Assembly (NCBI GenBank): GCA_963790365.1
Contig: CAWBOU010000050.1
Span: forward strand, 5,056 to 69,055
Direction of reading: 5' to 3'
Length of the DNA: 64,000 nt
Origin: an uncultured delta proteobacterium
GTDB lineage: Bacteria > Desulfobacterota > Binatia > JACPRU01
Shown: positions 18,897-29,182 of the stretch, one piece after another
Position numbering within the stretch: the first letter of the stretch is position 1
Layout of the letters: every line of letters begins with the position of its first letter
Notes under the pieces: generated by a model
Seen by the model: only the letters and a program-made list of their open reading frames with translations
Databases searched by the model: none
What the model was told of the DNA's origin: nothing
Position numbers and translations under genes: made by a program

Positions 18897-19975
18897 GTTC
18901 GCTCGCCTCGCGCGACGGCCGCGTAGACCGCCGCCATCTCCGCGCCGAAGTCTCCGCCCGCGAGCTCCGCCGCCCTCGCCTTGCCGCGCTCGCCGAGGTC
19001 GCCCGCGAGCGCGGGCTCGGCGACGATCCGCGCGATCGCCGCCGCTACCGCGCGCACGTCGCCCGGGTCGACCTCCAGCGCCGCACCGCCGGCGAGCTCG
19101 CCGAGCGCGCCCGCCCCGGAAGCGACGACCGGCGTGCCGCACGCCATCGCTTCCGCGACCGGCCACCCCCATCCCTCTTCCCAGGAGGGATAGAGGAGGA
19201 GCGCGGCGTCACCGTAGATCGCGCGGAGCTCCTCGCGGGTGAGCTCGCCGAGCTCGAGCACGTGCACGCGCTCGGCGGCCGCGAGGTTTCGTTGCGCGCC
19301 CGTGAGCGCGCCGCCGACCTTCACGAGCGGCAGCGGCGTGCCGCGCCGGCCGAGATCGCCGAGCGCACGGATCGCGGTCTCGAGGTTCTTGTACGGCCAG
19401 CTCGCGCCGACGTGGAGCGCGTAGCCGCGCGGCAAGAGCCGGACTCGCGATCGAGCGTCGGCGACCTCGGCTTCGGACGGCGCCTCGAGGAAGAACCGAT
19501 CGAGCGGATTCCGCACGACGACGATCCGCTCGGCGGCGACGCCGAGGAGCTCGCGCGCGGAGCGCGCGGCGAACTCGGAGACCGCGACGACGCGCGCCGC
19601 GCGGCGGAGCTTCACGACGCGCCGCCGGTAGAGCGTGCGGCGAAGGGAACCGGCGCGCCCCGAGAGCGGATGGAGATCGTGGCACGTCACGACCGCGCGG
19701 TCGCCGGGCAGGCCGTCGAGCAGGTCGGCATGGCTCTGATCGATCACGTGATGCACGTCGGCCGTCACGCGACGGACCTGCAGTGGATAGAGGATCGACT
19801 TCACGAACCACACCGCGAGGGGGTTTGGCGACGACAATCGCAGCGGCCGCGGATGAACGTCGACGATCTCGCAATGACCCGCGAGCGACTCGCGGAGGCG
19901 CGAGGCGTAGAAGCGCACGCCGAAGAGACTCTCCTCCGCGAAGTCATGGTAGAGCGCGACGCGAATCACGCTCAC
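18893..19975 (-). CDS. Glycosyltransferase family 1 (GT4-type)
   Basis: VIRVALYHDF... N-terminus and PSWEEGWGWPVAEAMACGTPVVASGAGALGE C-terminal EX7E motif. Start GTG at 19975 directly after the TPR gene stop. Confidence 0.75.
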   Translation of the reverse strand: MSVIRVALYHDFAEESLFGVRFYASRLRESLAGHCEIVDVHPRPLRLSSPNPLAVWFVKSILYPLQVRRVTADVHHVIDQSHADLLDGLPGDRAVVTCHDLHPLSGRAGSLRRTLYRRRVVKLRRAARVVAVSEFAARSARELLGVAAERIVVVRNPLDRFFLEAPSEAEVADARSRVRLLPRGYALHVGASWPYKNLETAIRALGDLGRRGTPLPLVKVGGALTGAQRNLAAAERVHVLELGELTREELRAIYGDAALLLYPSWEEGWGWPVAEAMACGTPVVASGAGALGELAGGAALEVDPGDVRAVAAAIARIVAEPALAGDLGERGKARAAELAGGDFGAEMAAVYAAVARGERT

Positions 19976-21477
19976 GAGGCGGAGCCTGACGCGCGCGCGC
20001 GAGCGTCGAGCTCCGCGATGCGCGGCTCGAGCCATCGGTTCGCGGGGCGGAGCGTGAGCGCGCGGCGGTAGGCGCCGGCCGCATCGGCCGCTCGCCCGAG
20101 CGCTTCGAACGCACGCGCGCGAAGGTGCCAGCCGTAGTAGAAGCGCGCGTCCTCGGCGACGAGCTCACCCGCGAGCCGCTCGCTCCGATCCGCGGCGCCC
20201 GACGCGAGGTAGGCCTCCGCGAGATGAAAGCGCGGCCAGAGCGCGCGCTCGCCGGGCGCATGCGCCGCGACGGCTTGCTCGAGCGCGCGCACCGCGTCGG
20301 CCGCCTTTCCGAGGGCGAGGAGGCTTCGCCCGTGGAGCGTCCACGCCGCCGCGACATTCGGGCGGGCCTCGACGAGACGCTTCGTCTCCACCTCGGCGCG
20401 CGCCGCGTCGCCGGAGGCGAGCAGCGCCTCGGCCAAGTGGTAGCGAACCCAATAGGGATCGTCGCCCTCCGCGCCGAACGCGAGCGCCCACTCGAGCGCG
20501 GCCGCGGCTTCCTTGGCGCGGCCCGCGGCCAACAGGCTTCGACCGTGGAGGTCCCACACCGCCGCCGCCTCGGGTCGCTCGCGCGCCAACGCCTGCGACT
20601 CGGCGAGCGCGCGCGCGACGTCGCCCGCCTCGAGTCGCGCCTTCGCGAGATGGTAGCGCGGCCAGAACTCGCTCTCTCCGTCGCCGGCGCCGAGCGCGAC
20701 GGCGCGCTCGAGCGCCTTCGTGGCGTCCGCCGCTCGACCGGCCTCCAGGAGCACGCGTCCGCGGAGGTACCAGCCGTAGTAGAAGTCCGGCAGATCGCGG
20801 ACGAGCGCCGCGCTTTCCTTCTCCGCCTCGGGGAGGCGAGCGAGCGAGAGGAGCGCCTCGGCTCGTGCGAGCCTCGGCCACCGCGACTCGCCGTCGCGCT
20901 CGCGGGCGCGATCGAGATACGGAATCGCCTTGTCCGGCGAGCCGAGCTCGAGCCAGCAACGCCCGACGTCGAGATCGATGCGCGCCGCGCTCGTGCTCCG
21001 CACGGTGAACGCGTCGAAGAGCGGCATCGCCTCCGCGCAGCGCCCGTTGGTCGCGAGCGCGCGGGCGGCGACGACGAGGCTCTGGCGATCGAGCGTCTCG
21101 AGCTCGAGGCGCGTGCGCGGCGCGAGCCCGCTCGCGAGGCGCGCGATCGGCTCGCCCGGATCCGCGCCGGCGAGCGCGGCGATGAAACGCGAGCGCGGCA
21201 CGGGCTCGGCAGGCGCGACGTCGGCGACTTCCTTCGCGCCGGCTTCGGCGATCGCTTCGCCGAGCGCCTCGTCGAGCGCGCGGCGGTGGCGCGGCGAGAG
21301 CGGATCGGCGGCGACTGCGTGCGAGAGCCGCTGAATCCGCGTCAGCGGATCCGTGCACCGAGTCGAGCGGAAGGCCCACGCCTGCGCGATCCAACCGTCG
21401 AATCCCCCGGCGAGCGCGAGCGCGCCGACGCCGAGCGCGAGCGCCGGCACCGCGACGATCTTGCGATCCGTCCTCAC
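19972..21477 (-). CDS. TPR-repeat protein with N-terminal membrane anchor
   Basis: GTG start VRTDRKIVAVPALALGVGALALAGG (TM), then ~10 TPR-like repeats (AxxALxxAxxLxPxxxxAW/YY patterns). Confidence 0.7.
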   Translation of the reverse strand: MRTDRKIVAVPALALGVGALALAGGFDGWIAQAWAFRSTRCTDPLTRIQRLSHAVAADPLSPRHRRALDEALGEAIAEAGAKEVADVAPAEPVPRSRFIAALAGADPGEPIARLASGLAPRTRLELETLDRQSLVVAARALATNGRCAEAMPLFDAFTVRSTSAARIDLDVGRCWLELGSPDKAIPYLDRARERDGESRWPRLARAEALLSLARLPEAEKESAALVRDLPDFYYGWYLRGRVLLEAGRAADATKALERAVALGAGDGESEFWPRYHLAKARLEAGDVARALAESQALARERPEAAAVWDLHGRSLLAAGRAKEAAAALEWALAFGAEGDDPYWVRYHLAEALLASGDAARAEVETKRLVEARPNVAAAWTLHGRSLLALGKAADAVRALEQAVAAHAPGERALWPRFHLAEAYLASGAADRSERLAGELVAEDARFYYGWHLRARAFEALGRAADAAGAYRRALTLRPANRWLEPRIAELDARARASGSAS

Positions 21478-21512
21478 CTGCCCGCGTTTTACCCGCTTAG
21501 CCGCCCCGCGCG

Positions 21513-22181
21513 CTACGCCGGGCCCCGGTAGCGGTGCCGCCAGAAGCGGGCTGCGTACGAGGCGAATTGAAGCGGCAGCACGATCGCGAGGAGCCAGAGT
21601 GCGAAGTCGTGCCGCCGGAGAAGCGCGCCGAGCGCGAGCACGGCCAGCACCTCGCCGATCGCGAATGCGACGTCGATTCGCTGCCCGAACGCGGTGAGCC
21701 GCGCCTTCCAGGGCGCGACCTCGCTCTCGTAGTCGCCCTGCGCGCGCTGCGGAAGCGTCTTCGTCACGTGAACGTGGTGCTGACAGAGGGCGAACCAGAG
21801 GAACGACCAGCCGGCGAGCGCCGCCGCATTCGCCTCTCCAACCGCGACGGCCGAAGCGAACAACAGCAGGAAGACCTTGGCGAGGTCCGTCATCGCATCG
21901 AGATAGGCGCCGAAGTCGCTCGTGCGACTCGTCGCGCGCGCGAGCTGGCCGTCGAGGCAATCGACGACGAAGCCGAGCGCGATGAGGAACGCCGCGACGA
22001 CGGCCGCCGCTGCTCCCTCGGCCGTCATCGCGAGCGCGGCGACCAGCGTGAGCGCGAGCGAGAGCAGCGTGAGCGCGTTCGGCGAGATCCCGGAGCGGAC
22101 CGCGAGCGGGAGCAGCGCGCTCGCCGCGCGCGTCGCGAACAAGACCGCGACGACGGAATCGTGTGCCTTGATCGCGCTCAT
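21513..22181 (-). CDS. CDP-alcohol phosphatidyltransferase family protein
   Basis: MSAIKAHDSVVAVLF... with signature DCLDGQLARATSRTSDFGAYLDAMTDL (D-G-x2-A-R-x8-G-x3-D-x3-D). Its ATG overlaps the stop of the Wzy-like gene (ATGA). Confidence 0.8.
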   Translation of the reverse strand: MSAIKAHDSVVAVLFATRAASALLPLAVRSGISPNALTLLSLALTLVAALAMTAEGAAAAVVAAFLIALGFVVDCLDGQLARATSRTSDFGAYLDAMTDLAKVFLLLFASAVAVGEANAAALAGWSFLWFALCQHHVHVTKTLPQRAQGDYESEVAPWKARLTAFGQRIDVAFAIGEVLAVLALGALLRRHDFALWLLAIVLPLQFASYAARFWRHRYRGPA

Positions 22182-23389
22182 CGCTTGGCCGCGAGGTTCG
22201 CCGCCACCCCCGTCAGCAACCAGAAATAGAGCTGCGGCACGAGCATGTTCCAGGTGGCGACGAAGAGGCCGCCCCAGGCGATCGAGCCGAACATCACGAG
22301 CCCCGCGTAACCGACGCCGCGTTGCGCGCGCGGCGAGCGAACCGTCTCCATCACCCACTGCACGAGCGCGAGGACGAGCACGATCCCGAAGACGGCGAGC
22401 CCGACGGAGCCGATCTGTACGCCGAGCGTCACGTAGTACGTGTCGTCGAAGGGATAGAGTCCGCCGCGCGCCATCGCCACGTGCCCCGCTTGACCGAGCC
22501 CGTGACCGAACGGCGCCTGCGCGAGGAGGTCGAGCCCCATGTCGAGCGACGACACGTGCGCCTTCGACGACCCGTCGGCGAGTCGCGTCGTCGCGGCGAC
22601 GTAGTTCGCTTGGTGCTTGATCCACCCCCGCATCGCGAACGTCGTGACGGCGACCGCGCCGCCGACGAGCGAGGCGGCGGCCACGGTCCAGCCGCGGCGG
22701 CGATCGACGACCACGAACGCGAGCACCGCGACGATCGCCGACGTGATCGCTGCGCGGGCGAGCGTCAGCGGCAGTGCCTGCCAGATGCAGAAGACGCCGA
22801 GCACCACGAGGCCGCGGCGTCGATCCTCGGCGGCGAGCCCGATCGCACCCGCGAGACCGAGCACGAGCAGATACGCAGCCGCGAGCGGCGACATCGAGAA
22901 CGAATAGAGCCGCGCCATGCCGGCTTTCCAGAAACGCCGGTCGAAGTCTCCGCCCACCGTCTCGAGGAGCTTCCCCCACGCGAAGTGGAGCTCGACCGCG
23001 CCGATCACCGCGGCGAGAGTTGCGAGCACGAGCATCGCTGCGAGAAGCCAGATCGCGAACTCGCGCCGCAGGCGGAGCAGACGCGCCGCGAAGTAGAAGG
23101 CGACGAGGCGGAGCTCGACCGAAAGCCCCTTCACGGCTTGCGCGGTCGGACCCGTCAGCAGGAACACGTCGGCGACGAGCAGCGCGCCGAACGCGGCGAC
23201 CGCGAGGTCGAGCGGATTCGGAAACCCCGGCGGAAGCTCGCGGACCTCGCGCAGCGCGACGAGGCCGACGATCGCGAACGAGACGATGCCGAGGTGGAGG
23301 TCGAACCCGGCGAGCGCGTTCAGCATCAGCCGGAACGGATAGACGACGCAGACGACCGCGACGACGCGTTCGGCGAGCGTCAAGCTCAT
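22178..23389 (-). CDS. Wzy/O-antigen polymerase-like polytopic membrane protein
   Basis: 403 aa, ~10 TM helices, loop motif PFGHGLGQAGHVAMARGGLYPFDDTYYVTLG resembling Wzy_C. Intact ORF. Confidence 0.65.
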   Translation of the reverse strand: MSLTLAERVVAVVCVVYPFRLMLNALAGFDLHLGIVSFAIVGLVALREVRELPPGFPNPLDLAVAAFGALLVADVFLLTGPTAQAVKGLSVELRLVAFYFAARLLRLRREFAIWLLAAMLVLATLAAVIGAVELHFAWGKLLETVGGDFDRRFWKAGMARLYSFSMSPLAAAYLLVLGLAGAIGLAAEDRRRGLVVLGVFCIWQALPLTLARAAITSAIVAVLAFVVVDRRRGWTVAAASLVGGAVAVTTFAMRGWIKHQANYVAATTRLADGSSKAHVSSLDMGLDLLAQAPFGHGLGQAGHVAMARGGLYPFDDTYYVTLGVQIGSVGLAVFGIVLVLALVQWVMETVRSPRAQRGVGYAGLVMFGSIAWGGLFVATWNMLVPQLYFWLLTGVAANLAAKR

Positions 23390-24309
23390 GCCGCGCCCCG
23401 ACGCGTCGCGAGCTCGGCGAGAATGCCGAGCGTCGTGAGCGCGCTCCGTTCGCGAGCGACCGCCACGTCGCGCCGTGCGAGGACGGAGGCCGTGACCCAG
23501 AGGAGCCCGTGAACCGGAAGCTTTGCGGTCTTCGCGGCGACTTCCGAAAGAAGACCAAGACCGGAGCGATGCCGCCGCAGCCGATGTCCGACGCTGCGCC
23601 CGGTGTCGAACGCGCGCCGGCGCAGATACTCGCGCGTCACGCGCTCCGGCGGAATCCAGTGGAGCACGCCGGCGCGCGGCTCGTAGACGATCGAGCGGCC
23701 TTCGGCGAGGACGCGCTCGCAGAGGTCCGTGTCCTCGTCCTGCAGGAGCTTCTTGCCGAGACGCCCGAGCGAGACGTCGAAGCCGCCGAGGCGCGCGAGA
23801 TCGTCACGGCGAACCGCGAGATTCGCGCCGAAGACGTACGGCGGCCGATCGACGAGACGGCGCTCGGTGCCGAGATCCTGACAGGAGAGGAGGCTCAAGT
23901 GGCCGGTGAGCCACGGCGGGGGCGGCACCTCGAACCGCGCGAGGATCGGGCCGCCGACGATCGACGCGGGCGTCTCGCGGAACGCGACGGAGACGGCGGC
24001 GAGCCAGCCCGGCACGGGCTCCGCATCGTCGTCGAGATAGACGAGGATCGGCGCGCGCGCGTCAGCCGCGCCGCGGTTCCGCGCGCGCGACAGGCCGGCC
24101 TCGGGCTCGTGCACGTAGCGCACGCTCGGCAGCTCCGCGCTCATTCGCTCGACGACCGCACGCGTGTCATCGCTCGAGCCGTTGTCGACGACGATGACCT
24201 CGAAGGGGAAATCCGTGACCTGCCCGGCGGCGGCGCGGAGCGCGCGCGGCAGCACGCGCGCGCGATCGCGCGTGCAGACGATCACGGAAATCTCGGGAGC
24301 CTCGGTCAT
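23386..24309 (-). CDS. Glycosyltransferase family 2 (GT-A fold)
   Basis: MTEAPEISVIVCTRDRARVLPRAL...VIVVDNGSSDDT...YLDDDAEP (DxD). The N-terminal 200 codons of the track ORF are junk. Confidence 0.75.
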   Translation of the reverse strand: MTEAPEISVIVCTRDRARVLPRALRAAAGQVTDFPFEVIVVDNGSSDDTRAVVERMSAELPSVRYVHEPEAGLSRARNRGAADARAPILVYLDDDAEPVPGWLAAVSVAFRETPASIVGGPILARFEVPPPPWLTGHLSLLSCQDLGTERRLVDRPPYVFGANLAVRRDDLARLGGFDVSLGRLGKKLLQDEDTDLCERVLAEGRSIVYEPRAGVLHWIPPERVTREYLRRRAFDTGRSVGHRLRRHRSGLGLLSEVAAKTAKLPVHGLLWVTASVLARRDVAVARERSALTTLGILAELATRRGAA

Positions 24310-25142
24310 CGCCCGCCGAACAGGCTCCAGCGCCGAATCGTGATCAGCGGATACACGACTCCTCCCCACACGACGACGACCGGAAAGATCCAGTCGAGCC
24401 GGCCTACCGCGGCGAGCACGGAGATCGCGAGGTACCGCTCGCCACCGTCGAAGAGGAGCGCGCGCTTCAGCCAGTAGAGCCCCGAGCGTTGCTCGTGCGT
24501 CCCCTTCGGCGCGAGCCGATCGAGTGTTTGCGCAACCGGGCCCCAGGATGCGGTCCGCCGTCGGCGGGCCTCGTCGATCACTCGGATCTTGTCGGCGGCG
24601 TCGCGCGTGCGCACCGGCGCGCGATGGAGATCCTCGTAGTCGGAGCCGAGGAAGCGCACGAGCAGCATCGCGTCGACTTGCCGATAGAAGACGACGAAGA
24701 GCGCGGCGTAGCTCCAGAGAAACGCGCCGACCGGCTCGCCGCCGTCGGCGACGATGCCGAGCGCGATCGCGCCGAAGAGCACGATGTCGCGCAGCCGATC
24801 CGTGAGCTGATCGAGCCACGCGCCGAAGCTCGAGCCGAGACCGCGGTGCCGCGCGAGCTGGCCGTCCAGGCAATCGAGCACGAACGCGAGCTGGAGGAGA
24901 ACCGCCCCGAAGAGACGGAAGCCGGGAACGGCGAGCCCCCACGCCGCGACGAGCGAGACCGCGGCGGAAACGATCGTCACCTGATTCGGCGTGACGGCGA
25001 CGCCGTCGAGCCGGCGGAGGATCGCGTTCGCGAGCGGCGCCGAGAGGAAGCTCGCGACGAAGCCGTCCTCCTGCTTGATCGCGGCGCGGGGATCCCGCCC
25101 GCCCCCCGCGGACGGCGGTACTTCCTGCCCCTGGCTGGCCAT
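24306..25142 (-). CDS. CDP-alcohol phosphatidyltransferase family protein (second paralogue)
   Basis: MASQGQEVPP... with VLDCLDGQLARHRGLGSSFGAWLDQLTDRLRD signature. Stop overlaps the GT2 start (ATGA). Confidence 0.8.
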   Translation of the reverse strand: MASQGQEVPPSAGGGRDPRAAIKQEDGFVASFLSAPLANAILRRLDGVAVTPNQVTIVSAAVSLVAAWGLAVPGFRLFGAVLLQLAFVLDCLDGQLARHRGLGSSFGAWLDQLTDRLRDIVLFGAIALGIVADGGEPVGAFLWSYAALFVVFYRQVDAMLLVRFLGSDYEDLHRAPVRTRDAADKIRVIDEARRRRTASWGPVAQTLDRLAPKGTHEQRSGLYWLKRALLFDGGERYLAISVLAAVGRLDWIFPVVVVWGGVVYPLITIRRWSLFGGR

Positions 25143-25153
25143 CCTGCGGGACA

Positions 25154-26260
25154 CTAGCTGGAGAGGAGCGACTCGGCGAGGGCGCGGATTTCGTCCGCGA
25201 AGCGCGCTTTGGAAAAGCGCTGGACGGACGCGGAGGCGCGCGCGGCGATCTCCCGCCGGGCCTCGTCGCCGAGCCCGATCACGTGTTGCGCCCGTTCCGC
25301 GAGCTCCTGCGGCGTCCGCCAGAAGAACCCCGTTCGCCCGTCCTCGACGATCTCGAGCGGACCGCCGGCCGGGAAGACGAACGGGATCGCGCCCGCGGCC
25401 ATCGCCTCCGCGATCGCCATGCCGAAGTGCTCGAGATGCTGCGGATCGGCTCCCGCGTCGACGCCGAAGCCCGCCGCGTGCCAGTAGAGCGACGCACCGG
25501 CGTAGAGCGCGCGGATCTCGTCGAACGGAGCGTTCACGTGGAACTCGACCGGCAGGCCGGAGCTCTCGGCGCGGAGCTCCTCGAGATAAGCGACGTCCTC
25601 CGGGTTCTGCTCGCGGAGCGCGCCGGCGAAATGAAGCTCCCACCCTTCCCCGCCGTCGCCGCGAAACGCGCGAAACGCCTCGAGCATCGCACGGTGTTTC
25701 TTCTCGTGACGGCCGACGAAGAAGCGTCCGATCGAGACGATCCTCCGTTGCTTCTCGCCGGCGCGGAAGTGCTCGACGTCGATCGGCGGATACACGACGT
25801 CGATCGGCAGGCCAGCCGTCCCGTGCCTCTGCGCCCAGCCCGCGGTGAAGCGCGAGTTCACCACGACGCGGTCGTAGGTGCGGAGCTTCAACTTGGAGCG
25901 GAGCGGCGTGTCGAACGGCGGCGGGTACGGCGGCGCCTGGAGATGGAGGATGCCGCGCCGCCCGAGCGAAAGCTGGAGCGGCGCGAGGTGATTGTCGAGG
26001 GCGAGGAAGAGATCGTAGCGCCCGCGGGCGAGCCAATCGCGCGCGCCATGAAAGCGCTTCCACGGATGCGGCACCATGCGCGCTCCGTCGAGGTCGAGCG
26101 CGAATGCCCGCGCGAGCGCCGGGAGATCGAACGCGTGCGGACAGAGCACCTCGACGTCGCCGAGCGGTGTGAGCGCCTCGGCTGCCGTCAGGAGATAGCG
26201 CTCGCCGCCGCCCGAGGCAGGCTTGAAGTAGAGGTAGAGCCCGATGCGGCGCACGGCCAT
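25154..26260 (-). CDS. Glycosyltransferase family 1 (GT4-type)
   Basis: MAVRRIGLYLYFKPASGGGERY... and C-terminal EHFGMAIAEAMAAGAIPFVFPAGGPLEIV motif. Confidence 0.75.
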   Translation of the reverse strand: MAVRRIGLYLYFKPASGGGERYLLTAAEALTPLGDVEVLCPHAFDLPALARAFALDLDGARMVPHPWKRFHGARDWLARGRYDLFLALDNHLAPLQLSLGRRGILHLQAPPYPPPFDTPLRSKLKLRTYDRVVVNSRFTAGWAQRHGTAGLPIDVVYPPIDVEHFRAGEKQRRIVSIGRFFVGRHEKKHRAMLEAFRAFRGDGGEGWELHFAGALREQNPEDVAYLEELRAESSGLPVEFHVNAPFDEIRALYAGASLYWHAAGFGVDAGADPQHLEHFGMAIAEAMAAGAIPFVFPAGGPLEIVEDGRTGFFWRTPQELAERAQHVIGLGDEARREIAARASASVQRFSKARFADEIRALAESLLSS

Positions 26261-26311
26261 CGCGCCGCTCCTACCAGAGCGCAATCCGAAGGACGACCGG
26301 GCGCCGTCGGG

Positions 26312-27091
26312 CTACGGAAAGCTCGGCGCGGCGCGCTTCTCGAAGAAGAGGACGACGCCACGATGACCGAAGTGGTTCGTGAAGCGGACGAAACAGCGAT
26401 GGCAGCCGCAGTCCTGCAGCATCTGCAAGAGACGGTTCAGGTCGTAGCGGTTCATCTGCATCCACGGCGCGTCGAGCGCCTTCCCGTCCTTCCAGTTCCA
26501 GAGGGCATGGACGAACGGCAGCGACCGGCGCGCCCAGCGAAAGACGCGCGTCCGTCGGCCGAGCTCGTTCGCGAACGTGACGTGGATCGCGCCGACGCCG
26601 CCCTCGGCGAGCGAGTCGACCAGCTCCTCCATCAAAAGCTCGCCCCGCGCGCGCGGCACGTGTTGAAGGACGATGTACGAATGAACGAGGTCGAATCCCT
26701 TGCCTGCTGTGGCGATCGATGAAACGAGCTCGACGTTCGAAAGCCGTCGCGCGACGACGTTCCGCCGCGCTTCCTCGAGCATCGACGGCGAGACGTCGAC
26801 GCCGACGACCTCCGCAGCGCGACGCGCGAACGGCACGAGCAAGCGACCAACGCCGCAGCCGAAATCGAGTACGCGCCGCGGAGCGAACCCCGGTACGAGA
26901 TGCCGGTCAACCGCCGTCCAGAGTGCTTTCGCGTGCTCCTCGCCCGACTCGAAGAACTCGTGGATCCGCTCCGGCGTCAGGTTCTCACGGCGGAATCGAG
27001 GATCGAAATAGACGCCGTAGTAGGGCTGGTCGCGCCCATAGCGCTCCCAATCCGATGCCGGATCGTGTCCGAGTCGTCGCGAGAACGGCAT
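26312..27091 (-). CDS. Class I SAM-dependent methyltransferase
   Basis: Motif I VLDFGCGVGRL, motif II FDLVHSYIVLQHV. Confidence 0.75.
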   Translation of the reverse strand: MPFSRRLGHDPASDWERYGRDQPYYGVYFDPRFRRENLTPERIHEFFESGEEHAKALWTAVDRHLVPGFAPRRVLDFGCGVGRLLVPFARRAAEVVGVDVSPSMLEEARRNVVARRLSNVELVSSIATAGKGFDLVHSYIVLQHVPRARGELLMEELVDSLAEGGVGAIHVTFANELGRRTRVFRWARRSLPFVHALWNWKDGKALDAPWMQMNRYDLNRLLQMLQDCGCHRCFVRFTNHFGHRGVVLFFEKRAAPSFP

Positions 27092-27230
27092 GACCGACGC
27101 CGACCCGATCGTGACGACGATCCACCCTCCCCGGATTCGGGTCCTCGAGCCGCTGGCAGCGGCCGAGATTGAGCGGATGCGGCACGCGCTGTCTAGAGGA
27201 CTCGACGGCCCGATTCAAGCGCAGGCATCT

Positions 27231-28199
27231 TCAGAGCAGGACGGTTCGATAGCGGAAGCTGCAGTAGGCGAAAACGGCAAGCTCCCAGAGATCCGCGACG
27301 AGGAGCTGGACCGCCGTCAGGGCCCGCCCTTCGCGAAGCTTCACGATCGAGCTCCGGCGAAGCCGGTCGTACCAAACGACCGGCAACAGCAGGAGCACGG
27401 GCCAGGCGACCATCGACGCAATCGCGAGGACCACCGTAACCATCGCGTGCAGATGGCTACGCCGGTAGAAGTACCGTCGATAGTACAGCCGACTGCGGAG
27501 CTCCGGGTGGAGCGTGACGAGCCTCACCTGGTCCGCGAAGCGGGGTCGTTCGCGGAGGAATTGAACGAAGCTCGGGGGACGCACGTCGTGCACCACGACC
27601 GCGTCCGCGCAGAAAGTCGAGCGGAAGCCCGCCGCCTTCGCGCGCCAGGCGAGATCGGTGTCCTCGGCGCATGCGTAGCGAAACGCTTCGTCGAAGCCGC
27701 CGACGTGCTCGAGCGCGGCTCTCGAGTAGAACATGTTGCACGTCGGATAGTGCGCGTCCTCGGCGACGCCTTCCATGGTGCGCGAGAACGGGAGCCCGTA
27801 TCCTGGCGCATCCTCGCGCGCTCGCGTCCGACCCATGACGAGCCCCGGGCCGCGACCGATCTCGTCGAGGCCGGCCTCTAGCCAGCCGGCCTCCGGCTCG
27901 CAATCGTCGTCCGTGAAGGCGACGACCGGAGCGAGCGACGCTCGCCAGCCGGCGTTTCGCGCGGTCGCCGGACCCCTCGATTGCGCGCGCCGGATCCAGC
28001 GAAACGGACCGCTCGCGCGCTTCTCTGCCGCGCCGAGGACGGCCAGCGTGTCGTCGACCGAGCCGTCGTCGACGATCACGACCTCGAAGCTCGATCGCGG
28101 GAGCGTCTGCCGATCGAGCGCGTCGATCAGCCGCGCCAGCGTCCGGCCACGATTCCGAGTCGGCACGACCACGCTGATCCGCGGCGATTGCGCTTCCAT
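27231..28199 (-). CDS. Glycosyltransferase family 2 (GT-A fold)
   Basis: MEAQSPRISVVVPTRNRGRTLARLIDAL...VVIVDDGSVDDT...AFTDDDCEP (DxD). Confidence 0.75.
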   Translation of the reverse strand: MEAQSPRISVVVPTRNRGRTLARLIDALDRQTLPRSSFEVVIVDDGSVDDTLAVLGAAEKRASGPFRWIRRAQSRGPATARNAGWRASLAPVVAFTDDDCEPEAGWLEAGLDEIGRGPGLVMGRTRAREDAPGYGLPFSRTMEGVAEDAHYPTCNMFYSRAALEHVGGFDEAFRYACAEDTDLAWRAKAAGFRSTFCADAVVVHDVRPPSFVQFLRERPRFADQVRLVTLHPELRSRLYYRRYFYRRSHLHAMVTVVLAIASMVAWPVLLLLPVVWYDRLRRSSIVKLREGRALTAVQLLVADLWELAVFAYCSFRYRTVLL

Positions 28200-28204
28200 C
28201 TGAC

Positions 28205-29167
28205 TCAGCGCGCCCAGCCGCGTGCCGCGAGGCTGCCGACGACGCGGCCCGCGAACCCCTCCAAGCGCGCTCGCAGACGGCTGGCGAAGGACGCGCTCGG
28301 CCGCCAGCCCGCCCAAGCGGTGCGGTCGAGGGAGCGAAAAAAGACCTCACGGCGCGGATGCACGCAGTCGAGATGCCAGGGCTTGCCCGTCGACGCGAAG
28401 TGCGTGACGAACGGTGCCGCGAGCGCCGCGAAATGCTCGTCGAGCAAAGGCGGACGATCGTTCTGCACCGTCAGATTCCAGCGCGGATCGAGCTCCAGCC
28501 AGCGCCCGGCGAGAACGGCATTCAAGCCATCCTGGTCCCAGAACCGGACGTACTGCTGGTTCGTGGCGACGTAGTCGAGCACCGCGGCGGCGACGTGCTC
28601 CGCGCGCCAGCGCGCGAGGTTCATCAGCATCACTCCGGCGTTGAAATATTTGGCGGTCGATGCGAGCCCGAGCTCTCGCCAGTTGTCGAGCCCCCACCTC
28701 GACGAGACCCACGGAACGGTCATGTCCTGGACCGCGGCAAGCGCATGAGCGGAGACGTCGACCGCCCAAAGCTCGGCCAAGTCGCCCTCGACGACCACGT
28801 CCGAATCGAGATAGATCGCCCTGGCGCACGACGCGGGCAGCAGATCCGGGACGAGCAAACGGAAGTACGTGGCGACGCGGACATGACCGGATATCTTGAA
28901 GCCGCGAAGGCGCCCGACGTCGGGACGGAGCCACGCGATCTCGACGCGTTCGTCGACGGAGCGCTGGATTCGCCGCTTCGTCCACGGCGCGATGCCTCCG
29001 TCGATGACGAACGCACGCAGGCGGCGATCGTCAGCGAGGTGATCGATCGCTGACCGGAGCAGGACCGCGAGCGGCATGCCGAAGCGGTCGTCGGCGGCGC
29101 AAGCGAGGACGATGTCGCGATCCGGTGAGCCCATGATCTGGAGGGCCGAAGCTAACCGCTTTGCCAT
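28205..29167 (-). CDS. Glycosyltransferase family 8 (LPS alpha-1,3-galactosyl/glucosyltransferase-like)
   Basis: MAKRLASALQIMGSPDRDIVLACAADDRFGMPLAVLL..., YLDSDVVVEGDL (DxD), NAGVMLMNLARW, FWDQDGLNAVL - GT8 hallmarks. Confidence 0.75.
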   Translation of the reverse strand: MAKRLASALQIMGSPDRDIVLACAADDRFGMPLAVLLRSAIDHLADDRRLRAFVIDGGIAPWTKRRIQRSVDERVEIAWLRPDVGRLRGFKISGHVRVATYFRLLVPDLLPASCARAIYLDSDVVVEGDLAELWAVDVSAHALAAVQDMTVPWVSSRWGLDNWRELGLASTAKYFNAGVMLMNLARWRAEHVAAAVLDYVATNQQYVRFWDQDGLNAVLAGRWLELDPRWNLTVQNDRPPLLDEHFAALAAPFVTHFASTGKPWHLDCVHPRREVFFRSLDRTAWAGWRPSASFASRLRARLEGFAGRVVGSLAARGWAR

Positions 29168-29182
29168 CCGCGAGGAAGCTCG